Source: Candidatus Woesearchaeota archaeon (GTDB lineage Archaea; Nanobdellota; Nanobdellia; Pacearchaeales; GW2011-AR1). From it: a DNA stretch of 64,000 bases. The first letter of the stretch is position 1; every line of letters begins with the position of its first letter. The translations under genes and the position numbers were made by a program. The DNA lies in contig CAYITD010000002.1 in assembly GCA_964366325.1 (NCBI GenBank), forward strand, positions 32,428-96,427. The letters are read 5' to 3'. The notes beneath the pieces are model-generated. The model did no database searches. It was given only the letters and a program-made list of their open reading frames with translations, and was not told the origin of the DNA. Of the stretch, positions 63,747 through 64,000 are shown piece by piece.

Positions 63747-64000
63747 ATGAAGAAAAAAAGAGGTCTAATAAAGTTATTCTTATTTGTATTATTAATGCTC
63801 CTAGTTTACAATTTTAGAGGCAACATAACTTCCTATGTTATTTCAGATACAAATCAGGACCAAGAAAAAATAAGAATAGCAAATTGGAATCTTCAGATCT
63901 TCGGTGAAGCAAAAGCAGAAAAAAATGATTTGCTAAACAATTATCTAGATAAAATTGATAACTATGATATAGTTTTTATTCAAGAAATTAGGGACATTTC
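63747..64000 (+). CDS. Secreted endonuclease/exonuclease/phosphatase (DNase I-like) family protein, partial
   Basis: My translation is MKKKRGLIKLFLFVLLMLL...IRIANWNLQIFG...YDIVFIQEIRD, the EEP N-terminal motifs. It runs off the window. Confidence 0.6.
   Translation, partial: MKKKRGLIKLFLFVLLMLLVYNFRGNITSYVISDTNQDQEKIRIANWNLQIFGEAKAEKNDLLNNYLDKIDNYDIVFIQEIRDI

Noticed and set aside
1-64000. CRISPR arrays, tRNA/rRNA genes, integrases or transposases
   Set aside because: I found no regularly spaced direct repeats, no T-loop/anticodon-arm-like GC-rich cloverleaf candidates, and no integrase or transposase motifs while reading both strands. Absence is by eye only and should be confirmed with tRNAscan-SE, Infernal and a CRISPR finder.

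Overview
AT-rich (about 30% GC by eye), densely packed window with many 4-nt ATGA stop/start overlaps. It looks archaeal. It has RFC small and large subunits, ribosomal protein L41e, split transketolase, TrmB and tandem Lrp/AsnC regulators, and TATA-like boxes. The small-genome gene content suggests a DPANN-type (Woese-/Pacearchaeota-like) lineage, but that placement is inference. Many genes look bacterial in type: grpE-dnaK-dnaJ, a cold-shock protein, a CoaD-CoaE fusion, HldE, NagB and a metzincin with Myxococcus-type Cys repeats. No rRNA, tRNA or CRISPR array was recognised. The core is housekeeping and carbohydrate metabolism, interrupted by accessory patches. (1) 5.0-7.1 kb holds a cyclodipeptide-synthase-like gene broken by one in-frame TGA, an overlapping GNAT, an HsdS remnant and a NYN gene. 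(2) 31.3-33.3 kb holds mazEF, an orphan 304-aa reverse transcriptase and a divergent small ORF, inserted inside a GH130/GDE/GT4 glycan cluster. This is the best candidate for an undescribed system. (3) 44.8-45.4 kb holds a decayed RelE-like toxin and an RHH gene. (4) 51.9-57.6 kb is a defence island with a RelE-like TA pair, two PD-(D/E)XK nucleases, a 1000-aa type IIG R-M fusion, and a PIN toxin with an unclassified 51-aa basic partner. A perfect 25-bp palindrome sits between a wHTH regulator and grpE-dnaK-dnaJ and is a candidate heat-shock operator. All family calls come from motif recognition by eye; no searches were run.
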